A stretch of DNA of 64,000 nucleotides from an uncultured Coriobacteriales bacterium (GCA_934636245.1 CAKUAI010000003.1:120305-184304); one strand, 5' to 3'; counted from the stretch's first letter, positions 8,288 to 18,690 are shown. Translations and numbers: made by a program. Notes: generated from the letters alone by a model not told the origin.

Positions 8288-10150
8288 ATGTCCAAGATGA
8301 CGCGCAGGTTGTTTGTTGGGGCCGCTGCCGCAAGCGGTGTTGCGGCGATTTCGGCTTCTATTGCCCTGGCCGACGAAGCGAAGAAGGACGAGGCGGCGCA
8401 GGCCGACGCCCCCGCCGAGGACGCGGGCGAAGAAGACAAGAAGCCGGCTGGCCCCGGCGGCATGAGCGACCCTATCGACAGCGCCCGCGAGCTTTACAAG
8501 GGCTGGCTCGGCGAGGCCCCTCAGATTTCCGATGACGACATCGTCGAGACCTACGACGCTGATGTCGTCATTCTCGGTGGCGGCCATGCCGGCACGCAGT
8601 GCGCCAAGGAGGCCGCGAAGGCCGGCGCCAAGGTCGCGGTTCTCGACCAGCAGGCTCAGGACATGTTCATGTTCTACGGCGAGGACATCGGAACCTTCAA
8701 CTCGCAGTACGTGCAGGACATGGGCTACGGCCCCTACGACGAGCAGGACGTTCTGGCACAGTGGGAGCGCACCTGCGGCTACCGTGCCAACCCCGAGCTC
8801 GTGCTCACCTACATCCGTAACTCCGGCGCCATGATCGACGACGCCATTGCCATCTGCCAGGAGAAGGACCCCTCCATCCTGACGAACATGAACGTGCAGC
8901 AGCCCGACGTCACCTATTGGGTCGACAAGTCCCAGCCGTGCGACATGGGCAACTTCAAGACCTACGTGGGTACGTTCTGCATGCGCTCCGAGATCCTCGA
9001 CGAGGTCGCCGAGGGCGTGGGCGCCTACTCCACCATCGGCAAGCTCGAGGATTGCTGCCGCGAGGTGGCCGAGGCCAACGGTGCCACCTGGTATTACGAG
9101 ACGTCCGCCGTGTGTCTCGTGAAGGACGGCGACAAGGTCGTGGGTGCCATCGCCACCAACGCCGACGGTCAGTACGTGCGCTTCAACGCCGCCAAGGCCG
9201 TCGTCATCGCCACGGGCGCCTTCCAGAACTGTCAGCCCATGATGGCCGAGTTCTACAGCGAGGCCAAGGAGCTGCAGGCCAAGAACGGCATCGCCGCCTA
9301 CACGTCCACCGACATTCCCGAGTCCGGACGCGACACCGGCATCGGCCATCGCATGGGCTGCTGGGCAGGCGGCCGCATGGAGGCCGGCCCCATGGCATCG
9401 CTTGCCAACGTGTCGGCACCCGGCCCCTTCGGCTTTGCTCCCACGCTCATCCTCAACCGCGACGGCAAGCGCTTCATGAACGAGGCTGACTTCAACGCAA
9501 TGGGTAATATGATCAACCGCCAGCCCAAGGGCATCTACTGCAACCTGTTCGACGCCAACTACCGTGACATCATCGCGCGCGGCGGCACGAACCACGGCGG
9601 CGTCGACTTCGGCCAGGCAACCTACGTGGAGCAGTGGACCGAGGACATGACGCATGTCGCAGGCGCCGGCGCCGAGGGCTACGTGGTGCGCCACGGCTGC
9701 CTTACCGAGCGCGCCGACATGGGCAAGACTCCCGTGTACGGTGCCCAGACCCTGGAGGAGCTGGCCGGCTACCTGGGCTACGAGGGCGAGGCCGTCGACA
9801 ACTTCGTGGCGAGCGTCGAGCGCTACAACGAGCTGTGCGAGGCCGGCAAGGATGACGACTTCGGCAAGAAGGCCGACTTCATGCTGCCCATTGCCACACC
9901 TCCCTTCTACGGCTCGGTCGCCGATTCCTCCACGCAGGCTGGCACTGCCGTGTCGCTGGGCGGTCTGGTGACCGACACCACCTTCAACGTTCTGGGCGAC
10001 GACGACTGCGGCATTGAGGGCCTCTACGCCATCGGCAACTGCTGCGGCGGTCGCTACGCCCTCACCTACCCGGGCATTCTTGCGGGCAACTCGATCGGAA
10101 TGGCGATGACCAACGGCTATGTCTGCGGCCAGGTAGTCGCTGCGCTGTAG
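8288..10150 (+). CDS. Tat-exported FAD-dependent oxidoreductase, fumarate reductase flavoprotein family (substrate unknown)
   Basis: ATG 8288 with AAGGAG at 8274-8279. Signal peptide MSKMTRRLFVGAAAASGVAAISASIALA. FAD motif VVILGGGHAGTQCAKEAAKAGAKVAVLDQ. C-terminal IEGLYAIGNCCGG. Confidence 0.85.
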   Translation: MSKMTRRLFVGAAAASGVAAISASIALADEAKKDEAAQADAPAEDAGEEDKKPAGPGGMSDPIDSARELYKGWLGEAPQISDDDIVETYDADVVILGGGHAGTQCAKEAAKAGAKVAVLDQQAQDMFMFYGEDIGTFNSQYVQDMGYGPYDEQDVLAQWERTCGYRANPELVLTYIRNSGAMIDDAIAICQEKDPSILTNMNVQQPDVTYWVDKSQPCDMGNFKTYVGTFCMRSEILDEVAEGVGAYSTIGKLEDCCREVAEANGATWYYETSAVCLVKDGDKVVGAIATNADGQYVRFNAAKAVVIATGAFQNCQPMMAEFYSEAKELQAKNGIAAYTSTDIPESGRDTGIGHRMGCWAGGRMEAGPMASLANVSAPGPFGFAPTLILNRDGKRFMNEADFNAMGNMINRQPKGIYCNLFDANYRDIIARGGTNHGGVDFGQATYVEQWTEDMTHVAGAGAEGYVVRHGCLTERADMGKTPVYGAQTLEELAGYLGYEGEAVDNFVASVERYNELCEAGKDDDFGKKADFMLPIATPPFYGSVADSSTQAGTAVSLGGLVTDTTFNVLGDDDCGIEGLYAIGNCCGGRYALTYPGILAGNSIGMAMTNGYVCGQVVAAL

Positions 10151-10262
10151 GGTGCGCTAGCCTGATGCGCCCCGTTCCACAGACGCTCATGTACTCTAGT
10201 ACACATCGCACCTGTGCGCTTTGCGCATCAGAACCCGTGCTTCTGAGGGGATGTGGAACCTG
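10151..10262. repeat. single REP-like unit related to the 39150-39690 tandem array
   Basis: ..GCTCATGTACTCTAGTACACATCGCACCTGTGCGCTTTGCGCATCAGAACCCGTGCTTCTGAGGGGATGTGGAACC shares the CTCATGTACTCCAGTA..GCGC..TTGCGCATCAGAACCCGC..GAACC pattern of the array units. Confidence 0.6.
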
Positions 10263-10401
10263 GCTTCTTGAGTGATTGGTCGACCCCGCTCGAGCACTGC
10301 GAGGAGCGTGCTTGGGCGGGGTCGATTTGCGTTTGGGGAGCATCGAGGGCGTTGGGGCTATTCGCGCGACGATGCGGACGGCTCAATGGGCGGGCCAGCT
10401 C

Positions 10402-10546
10402 GAAAAAAGCTGCGAGTTTGCGTTTTAATCTGGCCGGGTGAGGTAGCCGACGGCCTGTGCTTGGCGTTTTGCCTAGTAGATAGGTTGCTGTTTTGGCGGG
10501 CCACTCAGCTTGATGAATCAAAACGCAAACATGCACGATTTTTTGC
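10402..10546. mobile_element. MITE-like repeat, family 1, copy 2
   Basis: GAAAAAAGCTGCGAGTTTGCGTTTTAAT ... ATCAAAACGCAAACATGCACGATTTTTTGC, with central CCTAGTAGAT. Confidence 0.75.
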
Positions 10547-10947
10547 CAGCCTCGATTGTCCGCGAGCCCGCGAGGCGCTTTCTTCTACACCCCGCGGGTC
10601 CCGACATGTGTTGCCTGCACTGCGTTTCATCCTCGCTGGCCTGGTGCTGTCCTCTGGTGCGTCTAACTGATACAAAAGATGGGTGCAATGTGTTATCTGG
10701 CTGATGGATGGCATGGGGCACTATGTCTCACTCGCTTGTTTTCGTTGGGCGTGGAGCCTGCTGCTTGTGGTGTACTCACATACCTCATTGCCTTGTAATT
10801 GCGTTGATCGTGCAGGTTGCCGGGCGTGCTTTGCGCGATACAGGATGACATTCGATGGACGAAGCAAAGAGGGCCACCATGCGCGACGCGGTCATCTTTG
10901 CTTGGCGCAGGTCGGGTTATACACATGATGTCGCGCGTCGCCTCGTG

Positions 10948-13900
10948 CTACGTCTCCTTTTCCTTGTTAACTTTCAAGTCTTCCATCATCTGGTGCGCAG
11001 CTTCGGGGCTTATGAGGCGAAGGGAGCAATCGTCGGGTTTGGGGAACGCGAGAAGGGGCAGGCTTCCGTACCAGATGGTCTGCTGGTCGAAAATGGCATA
11101 GCAGCTTGGGCCGGAATGTCCAAGTTCGACGCGGCAGCCACAGTTCGAAAGCCTGTTGAGCGCGTCTGCGGCAACGGTTGCCTTTTGAACGAGGCAGGTG
11201 GCGGTTATTCCTCGCTGCGTTGCATCCAGCAGGGATGATTCCAACCGCGTTACCAGGGTTGCGCTGACAAAGGGCGCGGCGATGATGATGCTGCGCCTCG
11301 CTTCGCGGATGTCGTGCACAAACGTTGCCAGGAATCTCTCTGCTGTTATAAATGCGCTGGTACCAGCATTGGTGGAATTCGATTCTGCGGTGGGTCCGGC
11401 AGTATCACCTGGCTTTTGCCAATCGCTTCCAATCGGCTCGTACCCGAGTCTCACGTATGTCTTGAGGCGCTTTTTGTACATCCGCTCAAGCATGGGAACG
11501 TTCAGGTCGACATAGTCGTACACGCGCACGTCGGTTTTGCCCTCCGAAGTGCGATGAAGGCGACCCGACTGTTGGGTGACGTTGCCGCTCCAGGAGATGG
11601 GCGTGGAGAGGAAGAGTGCGTCGAGGTTGGGCATGTCGAAGCCTTCTCCCAGGTAGCTTTCAGTGGCAACGAGGGAAAGCGACTGTTTCGTTGATGCCTG
11701 CAGCGCCTCAGCAATAGCCTCGCGGCGCTGGCGCGGGGTCCCTTCGCCCACGAGCAGCCGCACTTCGGCTCCGCCTTCCTCAATCAATCGCGCCAGTTCG
11801 CGTGCGTGCTTCTTGCGTTTGCTCACCACGAGGGGCGTCCTGCCTTCGTGTAGTGCGTCAAGCACGTCTTGGGCAATAAAGCGGGTGCGGTCGGCGTGAT
11901 CGCACGCGGCGTCGAGTACTTGCGCAAAAGATGCGTCCTCGGTTAGATTGGGGAAGTGCATGGCTACATAGCGCGTGACGAGGTGGCGAGCGAATCCCTG
12001 CTCGGCCGCCTGGGCCCGCACGTCGATGCTGTGGCGTACAGGCCCGCAGAGCATGGTAACTATGGGGTCGAGTCCGTCGGCGCGTTTGGGTGTGGCGCTC
12101 AATCCGTATACCCGTTGCGCCCGCACCGCCTTGAGCACGCGCTCAAGCTGCGGTGCCGCGGCGTGGTGGCATTCGTCGCAGATTACAAGGCCGTAGTTCT
12201 GAACGAGGTCTTTTACCTGGCGCTCTCCGGGTATGTCTGATTTTTCAAACAGGGATTGGAACGTTGCGACATCGACAAGGCCACTCGGTGCTGTTTTGCC
12301 TGCCCCTATCGCGCCGACGAGGGGTCGTTTCTTTTTACTCAGGTTGCCTTTCGGGGTGAGCTGCGGCGGCCGCGTGTCCTGAATCTCTAGAAACTCGCCG
12401 AGTTGTTCGACCCACTGTTCCAACAAGGGCGTTCTGGGCACGAGGACAAGGGTCGGAAGCCCCAATCGTGCAATCAAGCTTGCCGCAACGACCGTCTTGC
12501 CAAATCCCGTGGGGGCGCAGAGGATCCCGGTGTCATATTCCAGCAGCGCCTGAGCTGCATCTTCTTGGGCCGGCCGCAGCCTTCCGGCAAACTCTGCCTT
12601 AATGCGCCCTTCGGAAAACCGTTCGTCGAGAATCGTATATGCTGCGCCAGATTCCTCAAAAAGAAGAAGGAGATTCTCCTTGCAGCCACGCGGCAAGGTG
12701 ATGCAATCGCTGCGGTCCTCGGACAGATCGATGACGCGCGGCTTTCTCCAAACAGACTGGTGCATGGCCTGCGCGCGATAAAACTCGGGATTGGCGAAAG
12801 CGGCAAGCCGGCGAATGCGGTTGCATGCGGCGGCCGAAAGGCCTTCCAGGGGGACATAGACCATGTCGGATTCCGTGAGCACGGTAAGGGCCGGGAAGTC
12901 TTGCGGTGTGAGAGGATGCTTGGGTCGGCGCATGAACGAGCGCGCTCTCCCAGATTGCTGCGCCGGGGATGTTGTGTCTGCTGAGGGGGCGGAGAACCCG
13001 GCACACTCCTTATCTAGCTGCGTATATGCGAACGTCCCCAAGAGACCACCCGTGCGTTTTCTACATATAGCGACGGAGGTTTCGGCCTGCTTCTCCGTGA
13101 CCTTTCGGATGCGAGAAAGAAATTCCCATTGATCGGGATAGGGGTTGAAGGCGTCGTCGACAAAGACCGAGTTGCCCTCGCGCTGCGCCCGGCCTTGGAA
13201 TGGAAGGGAGATAAGGTTGCCAAAGCCACCTTCTACCAGCGTGTCTTGGGTGGGAAAGAGCCGGTCGTACGCATCGAGGCGCATGGTTTTGGATAGGCTG
13301 CACGCTAAGGTTATGAGCGCACAGCCCAAGTTGCGAGCGAGCTTTGCTGTGACCGGCTCCTCAAAAAACAACCATGCATGGCCGCCGTTGCCGGACCGCG
13401 ACCGCTCCACGGCGATATCGAGGTCGAGTTGGCGTCCGGCATCGCGATATGCGGCCACGTTTTGCTGCCAACCGGTATCGTCGAAGTCGGCGACAAGAAC
13501 GGAGGTCTCACAGTTTTCATCGGTCACATAGAGCCCCACGACATCGCGCAGGCGGTCATCGGCTCCCCTGAAATGGGCGATCAGCACCTGGTCGGTGAGG
13601 GGCTTGAGGTCGCGATTGGGGCAATGGGCGCACAGACCGGAGCTTTTGCGCTTTGTCGGGTTGGCCTTGGGGCAAACGTTTGCTTTCCATTCATTTGAAC
13701 AGGCGGGCACATAGGCGATGCCGCCGTCTTTGCGCTGGTAGCCGTGGGCATAGACGTTGTCGCGCCCGTGAAAGAGAGACTGGAACAGGCGCAGCTTGTC
13801 TGCGGTGGAACTCGCCGTAGTGACGATGCCTTCGGACTCGGCCCATTCCGAAAGGTCGGCAGCTCCCTGCAACCATTCGTTTTGAGTGGCGTAAAGCACG

Positions 13901-14040
13901 GTTTTCTCGGATGTATCGGGGGCAGACTGCTGACATGCTTCGCAGATTACAATGGGTTCGCCGTGCCCAACATGTGAGATGCACCGGCTGAGCGCGAGGC
14001 GTCGTCCGTTGATGAGTGCGTGCTTCGGGAGGCTGGGCAT
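10948..14040 (-). CDS. PrimPol (archaeo-eukaryotic primase)-like domain fused to an SF2 DEAD/DEAH helicase and a C-terminal PLD-like domain
   Basis: ATG 14040 (AAGGAG 9 nt upstream) inside track ORF 10948..14085. AEP motifs: VLVADFDD, SGNGGHAWLFF, GFGNLISLPFQG. Helicase motifs: Walker A CAPTGFGKT, motif II DECHH, motif VI QQSGRLHR. The C-terminus (IIIAAPFVS ... GHSGPSCYAIFDQQTIWYGS) looks PLD-like with a degenerate HxK. From memory, RefSeq names similar proteins 'TOTE conflict system archaeo-eukaryotic primase domain-containing protein'; this is unverified. Confidence 0.8.
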   Translation of the reverse strand: MPSLPKHALINGRRLALSRCISHVGHGEPIVICEACQQSAPDTSEKTVLYATQNEWLQGAADLSEWAESEGIVTTASSTADKLRLFQSLFHGRDNVYAHGYQRKDGGIAYVPACSNEWKANVCPKANPTKRKSSGLCAHCPNRDLKPLTDQVLIAHFRGADDRLRDVVGLYVTDENCETSVLVADFDDTGWQQNVAAYRDAGRQLDLDIAVERSRSGNGGHAWLFFEEPVTAKLARNLGCALITLACSLSKTMRLDAYDRLFPTQDTLVEGGFGNLISLPFQGRAQREGNSVFVDDAFNPYPDQWEFLSRIRKVTEKQAETSVAICRKRTGGLLGTFAYTQLDKECAGFSAPSADTTSPAQQSGRARSFMRRPKHPLTPQDFPALTVLTESDMVYVPLEGLSAAACNRIRRLAAFANPEFYRAQAMHQSVWRKPRVIDLSEDRSDCITLPRGCKENLLLLFEESGAAYTILDERFSEGRIKAEFAGRLRPAQEDAAQALLEYDTGILCAPTGFGKTVVAASLIARLGLPTLVLVPRTPLLEQWVEQLGEFLEIQDTRPPQLTPKGNLSKKKRPLVGAIGAGKTAPSGLVDVATFQSLFEKSDIPGERQVKDLVQNYGLVICDECHHAAAPQLERVLKAVRAQRVYGLSATPKRADGLDPIVTMLCGPVRHSIDVRAQAAEQGFARHLVTRYVAMHFPNLTEDASFAQVLDAACDHADRTRFIAQDVLDALHEGRTPLVVSKRKKHARELARLIEEGGAEVRLLVGEGTPRQRREAIAEALQASTKQSLSLVATESYLGEGFDMPNLDALFLSTPISWSGNVTQQSGRLHRTSEGKTDVRVYDYVDLNVPMLERMYKKRLKTYVRLGYEPIGSDWQKPGDTAGPTAESNSTNAGTSAFITAERFLATFVHDIREARRSIIIAAPFVSATLVTRLESSLLDATQRGITATCLVQKATVAADALNRLSNCGCRVELGHSGPSCYAIFDQQTIWYGSLPLLAFPKPDDCSLRLISPEAAHQMMEDLKVNKEKET

Positions 14041-14180
14041 GGCTGCTCGTCTCCTTCCCCAGGGGGTATGGCCGTTGTTGTGCAATTGTAGCAGGCGGCC
14101 GGGGCGATTAAAGTAGAGAGACGGCTTGCTCTTGGTGAATTACCCGCAAAGCAGTGTCGCACAGTGGCATTCGGCAATAC

Positions 14181-14249
14181 AAAGGGGCGGGTGCATTGCG
14201 TCATTTGACTGGTAGACGACTTGGGATGACACGTTGTACCCGTCCCTTT
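14181..14249. repeat. imperfect long hairpin element (box family), copy beta
   Basis: AAAGGGGCGGGTGCATTGCGTCAT - TTGACTGGTAGACGACTTGGG - ATGACACGTTGTACCCGTCCCTTT. About 19 of 24 arm positions are complementary. Confidence 0.65.
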
Positions 14250-14254
14250 CGTTA

Positions 14255-14329
14255 TTGTTGGCGGGCGACTCGATTGGAATGGCAGTGATCAATGGTTGCG
14301 TCTGCGGCTGGGTAGTCGCCGCGCTGTAG
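14255..14329 (+). pseudogene. orphan 3-prime relic (24 codons + stop) of a flavoprotein reductase gene
   Basis: Translates LLAGDSIGMAVINGCVCGWVVAAL*, compared with the end of 8288..10150, ILAGNSIGMAMTNGYVCGQVVAAL*. There is no upstream coding continuation. Confidence 0.8.
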
Positions 14330-14614
14330 CTTGCGAGGGCTTCGGCCTACTTTTCGTTCCGAGAGGCTTGCGTGCTCCGGCATGCATCGCTTTTGGACGC
14401 CTTGCAGGTCAGGGCCTGTGTTTTAGATAGCCGCGGGACGCCGTTTCCCGTGCAATCAATCGTTCCCGTTCAGGCGCACACGCGGCGCTTGGACGGGGGT
14501 GATCTGCGTTTGGGGCTGTTGGAATGACGCAAGGGGACGGGTGCAATGTGCCGTTTCTCGGGTCAGATGATGGTTTTGGAGCAACGTCGAGGAGCGGCGA
14601 TTGAACGGGGCCTC

Positions 14615-14757
14615 CAAAAATGCCGCATGTTTGCGTTTTAATCTGGCCGAATGGAGTAGCCAGCTATCCGCGCTTATCGTTTTGCCTGGTAGCCGGGTTG
14701 CCCCTTCTGCTGCCTACTCCGCTTGCTAAATTAAAACGCAAACATGCGCGATTTTTC
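14615..14757. mobile_element. MITE-like repeat, family 1, copy 3
   Basis: CAAAAATGCCGCATGTTTGCGTTTTAAT ... AATTAAAACGCAAACATGCGCGATTTTTC, with central CCTGGTAGCC. Confidence 0.75.
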
Positions 14758-14948
14758 TGTCACCCGACCAGCCGTGCTACAGGCGACCTGCCTGCAGGGC
14801 CCTCTTATGCGTTGGGGAAGTGCTCGCATGAGCTGTTTTCGGTAACGTAGGGAAGGAACGCCTTTTGGCCCAAGCCACCCTCTTTATATACTCTCCAGGT
14901 TACTGAGTCGTATCATTGCATCGACTGTTGTGATGACGGGGGAGTGGT

Positions 14949-16430
14949 ATGGGCACTGAAACGATCGGCAATCTTCAAGATGAACCGCGCAAGAATGCTT
15001 TCAAGTCTCCAGAAGTGCTTGCTGCCGTACTTTGTATTGCCTTGCAGCAAATGGGTACCGCATTGCTTACCTCGACATATGCTCAGAGCGCCGGTGCTGT
15101 TTTTGCATGGGAGGCTCCGATATCGTTCGGCTTCTCCGTTGTGCTCATTGCGATGCTGTACGTTCTCGTGTCTCGCTATCCCGGCAAAATTGCCGACAAG
15201 GCGTGGACGTTGGTCGGTGTGTTCGTCAACATACTGGGTGTATTTCTCATGGCGTTGTCATTGCGCACGGGTAGTATCGCCCTTGTCGTCGCGGGCGGTT
15301 GCCTGCGCGGGGCGGGCGGAGTGTGGACCATGTATATGGTTGGCCTGCTGCTTGTCGATATCGCTCGCACATACAGCGTCGCTGCCGTGCTTGGTGTTCT
15401 GGCGGCGGGCTGGGTTTTGGCCCTCCCAATTGAGGCGGCTGTTGCGAGCTTTACTTTAATGGGCAAGCTTGCCGTCGTTGCCTTCGTTCCCGCAATACTT
15501 GCAGTGCTGGCGTTCCCTGGATTTCATCGCGCAACTTTGCCCGCGCGTACTGCCGAGGCAAGCGCGAGCATGCGCGTGACTGAGCCTAAGTCGTTCATTC
15601 CCTTGAGCAGCACTGTTTTCGTAATGCTTGCGCTACTCAAGACTGCATTCTGTTTTGCGTCTGATTTTACGCGTGCCGAGGCGGATGTGCGTTTGCCTGT
15701 CCTCATTGCGTTTGTGATTTGCGTTTCCGCAGTGACTGCGTTGCTTTCAGTGAGAGCCCGCCACGGCCGGCCGGTTCTGGGACTGCTCTACAGGATTACG
15801 CTTATCTGCGTGTTGACCGGATTTCTGCTTTATATTCCACTGGCTTTGGGGCCCTCGTCCATATCAACTTGGGGAGGCATTGCGCTGGGCATGGGAGGAG
15901 ATCTGGCGCGAATCTTGTCCTATGTGCTGCTGGTCGAAATCGCAAAACGCAACCCTATTGACGCTCCGGGCGTTTGCCTCGTTGTGACGGGGGCCAACAC
16001 GCTCGGCGGTCTCATAGGAACTTTGTTTTCAAGCCTTGCAGCATCACTTTTGAATTCCCCTCTCTCTTATCAGTTGCTGCTCATTCTACTTGTTCTGGTT
16101 GTCATTGTTATAAACCTTGCCATGCCCAATGCGCTCGCGTTCGACGAGACGGTCAATGAGGTCGATTGCCCAAGCGAGGCTTCTGGCGCGGGTCTTATCG
16201 CGTCCTTTGAGGAATCCGTTTCGAAGTTGGCCGATAGTTTTGCCTTGACTCCGCGCGAGGCTGAGGCCATGGCCTTGCTTGCCCGGGGCCATGGAGCCCA
16301 ATCTATTCAGGAGCACATGGGGATATCGCATAACACGGTGAAGATGCACATTCGCAATGTGTATGCCAAGCTTGGTGTGCACTCGCGCCAGGAGCTCATT
16401 GACTTGGTCGAGGGCAACACGACGGCCTGA
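14949..16430 (+). CDS. LuxR-family transcriptional regulator with a polytopic N-terminal membrane domain
   Basis: About 10-12 hydrophobic helices followed by a C-terminal GerE/LuxR HTH: LTPREAEAMALLARGHGAQSIQEHMGISHNTVKMHIRNVYAKLGVHSRQELIDLV. Confidence 0.85.
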   Translation: MGTETIGNLQDEPRKNAFKSPEVLAAVLCIALQQMGTALLTSTYAQSAGAVFAWEAPISFGFSVVLIAMLYVLVSRYPGKIADKAWTLVGVFVNILGVFLMALSLRTGSIALVVAGGCLRGAGGVWTMYMVGLLLVDIARTYSVAAVLGVLAAGWVLALPIEAAVASFTLMGKLAVVAFVPAILAVLAFPGFHRATLPARTAEASASMRVTEPKSFIPLSSTVFVMLALLKTAFCFASDFTRAEADVRLPVLIAFVICVSAVTALLSVRARHGRPVLGLLYRITLICVLTGFLLYIPLALGPSSISTWGGIALGMGGDLARILSYVLLVEIAKRNPIDAPGVCLVVTGANTLGGLIGTLFSSLAASLLNSPLSYQLLLILLVLVVIVINLAMPNALAFDETVNEVDCPSEASGAGLIASFEESVSKLADSFALTPREAEAMALLARGHGAQSIQEHMGISHNTVKMHIRNVYAKLGVHSRQELIDLVEGNTTA

Positions 16431-16698
16431 TATGCGCTTTTTGGCATACACCCCTGGCGGGTGTTGCGGTCTTGAGGCCGGTGATGTTCTACGATGCTGA
16501 CTGGAAAGCATGGCCACATACCGATTGCCTTGCTCTTAAACATAGTTATTTACCAGGCAGTTTAATAAATACATCCCTCCTGGGTGTGTTGAAGTCCCTG
16601 TAGCGGAATAGTGTTCGAGATGTTAGGCGCAGAAAAGGGCGCCTGTCAGACGGCCATCTGGGGCTCTCTGGCAAAACTTCCGTGAAAGGGATGCTGAT

Positions 16699-18690
16699 AT
16701 GTCCGGAAATGTTTCTCGCCGTTCGTTTGTAGCCGCTGCGGCTGGTACTGCGGCGCTCGTCGCCTCCGGTTCGGCTGTTGCCCTGGCTGACGATTTGGCT
16801 GGAGTCGCCGATGGTACGTACACCGCCACACGTTCTGGTATTGGCGATGTTACCGTGACGCTTGTCATCGGCGACGGTGCCATCACGGATGCCCAGGTTG
16901 ATGTTTCCGGTGAGACGAGCTTTATCGGCGCACAGTTCGGTGACCTTTATGCCTCCTCTATTCTTGATGCTCAAGGGGCGGAGTTTGACACTACGACGGG
17001 TGCCACGATTACGTGTGATGCCGTGAAGCGCGCTGTGGTTGATTGCATTGCGCAGGCAAAGGGCGAACAGGCCCCCGTGTCTTCGGTGGTCGACGACGCT
17101 ACGGATACCGACTGGTTGGGTAGCGAGCCCGCGATTGACGAAGCAGGCGTTACCGAGACGTGGGACACCGACATTCTTATTGTGGGCGCGGGCAACGGTG
17201 GCCTCACTGCTGCGGCCTACGCCGCAAAGAACGGCCTTAATTTCCGTTGCATCGAGAAGTATTCAAGCCCTCAGGACGTACGCGGTTGGTACGGTGTCGT
17301 AGATTCCGCCGATGCCGCGGCTGCCGGCGCTGTGCCCATGGACCACAAGAAGCTCCTGTCTGAGATCAGCCGCTATGCAAGCGGCAAGTGCAACCAGCGA
17401 GTTGTGAAGATGTGGATGGACGAGTCCGCCGATATGCAGGCGTTTGTATCGAGCATTCTGACGGCCGATCCGTATAAGGCTTCCGTTGCTGTCACGACGG
17501 GAGAGGAGGCCTCTTGGCCTGCAGAGTGCGCTCAGGAAAATACCGACTACATGTTCCCTGAGATGGAGCACTTCTGGAACGCCTCCGATCCGTCGCAGCG
17601 TGTCCCGCGTTTGGGGATTTTTGCCGAGGTGTGCGAGGAGGCTGGCACGCCTGTGGACTTTAACACCGCCATGGTCAAGCTGGAGAAGGACGCCGATGGC
17701 CGCGTAACTGGCGTCATCGCTCAGAATCAGGAAGACTATCACCTCATTCGCATCAATGCGGCCAAGGGTGTGCTGCTCGCTTGTGGCGGTTATGCGGGCA
17801 ATCCTCGCATGATGCTTCAGCTTGACCCGCTTGGTGCGGCCGTCACTACTGCCGCCAGCTATAGCCCGCGTACGCACGGCGATGGAATCCGCGCAGCTGT
17901 TTGGGCCGGCGCTGATATCGACCAGGAAGGCGCGCCCATGCTGTTTGACCGCGGCATTGTTGAGCCTGGGGTAAACGGTGGTTATATCGAGAACGCCAAG
18001 GCCTTCGGCGGGCGCGAGTTCCCCGGTACCGTGAAGCAGTTCAACCCTGGTTCGCAGCCTTTCCTTAAGGTGAACCGCGACGGTGAGCGCTTCATGAACG
18101 AGAGCCAGCCCTACAATGACGCTTCGTTTGCCGCTTATAACCAGCCCGGCCATGTGTACTGCATGGTGTTCGACGGTAATGCCCAGGCGGATGTCGAGCG
18201 CTTCCATACCATCGGCTGCTCGGCTGGTACCCGCAACATGGGAATCGAGAATATTATGAGTCAGCAGCTGGAGAGCGGCCTGGTAAAGCAGGCCGACACG
18301 CTGGAGGAGCTGGCTGACGCGTTGGGCTTTGTGGACGAGGCCAAGGAGGCCTTCCTGGCCACGTGCGATCGCTACAACGCCCTGTATGACGCCCAGGAAG
18401 ACGAGGACTTCGGCAAGGCGTCTGTGCGCCTGTCCGAGCTGCGTACTGCTCCGTTCTATGGGTGCTGGCTCGGCGCTTCGTTGCTTACGACTATCCAGGG
18501 CGTGAAGATTAACGAAAAGGCCCAGGCCATGGATAAGGACGCTCAGCCCATCGAAGGCCTGTATGTTTGCGGCGATAACTCCGGCAGCTTCTTCGCCAAC
18601 AACTACCCCTGCCTGATGCCCGGTATTGCGTGCGGCCGTACGATGACCGAAGCAATCAAGGCCGTGAAGCAGATGGGCGGCTTGGAGTAA
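16699..18690 (+). CDS. Tat-exported flavin reductase: N-terminal FMN_bind (flavinylation) domain + FAD-dependent fumarate-reductase-like domain
   Basis: Signal peptide MSGNVSRRSFVAAAAGTAALVASGSAVALA. FMN_bind-like segment with the covalent-FMN motif D-T-T-T-G-A-T (nt 16987-17007). FAD motif ILIVGAGNGGLTAAAYAAKNG. C-terminal IEGLYVCGD. Confidence 0.85.
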   Translation: MSGNVSRRSFVAAAAGTAALVASGSAVALADDLAGVADGTYTATRSGIGDVTVTLVIGDGAITDAQVDVSGETSFIGAQFGDLYASSILDAQGAEFDTTTGATITCDAVKRAVVDCIAQAKGEQAPVSSVVDDATDTDWLGSEPAIDEAGVTETWDTDILIVGAGNGGLTAAAYAAKNGLNFRCIEKYSSPQDVRGWYGVVDSADAAAAGAVPMDHKKLLSEISRYASGKCNQRVVKMWMDESADMQAFVSSILTADPYKASVAVTTGEEASWPAECAQENTDYMFPEMEHFWNASDPSQRVPRLGIFAEVCEEAGTPVDFNTAMVKLEKDADGRVTGVIAQNQEDYHLIRINAAKGVLLACGGYAGNPRMMLQLDPLGAAVTTAASYSPRTHGDGIRAAVWAGADIDQEGAPMLFDRGIVEPGVNGGYIENAKAFGGREFPGTVKQFNPGSQPFLKVNRDGERFMNESQPYNDASFAAYNQPGHVYCMVFDGNAQADVERFHTIGCSAGTRNMGIENIMSQQLESGLVKQADTLEELADALGFVDEAKEAFLATCDRYNALYDAQEDEDFGKASVRLSELRTAPFYGCWLGASLLTTIQGVKINEKAQAMDKDAQPIEGLYVCGDNSGSFFANNYPCLMPGIACGRTMTEAIKAVKQMGGLE

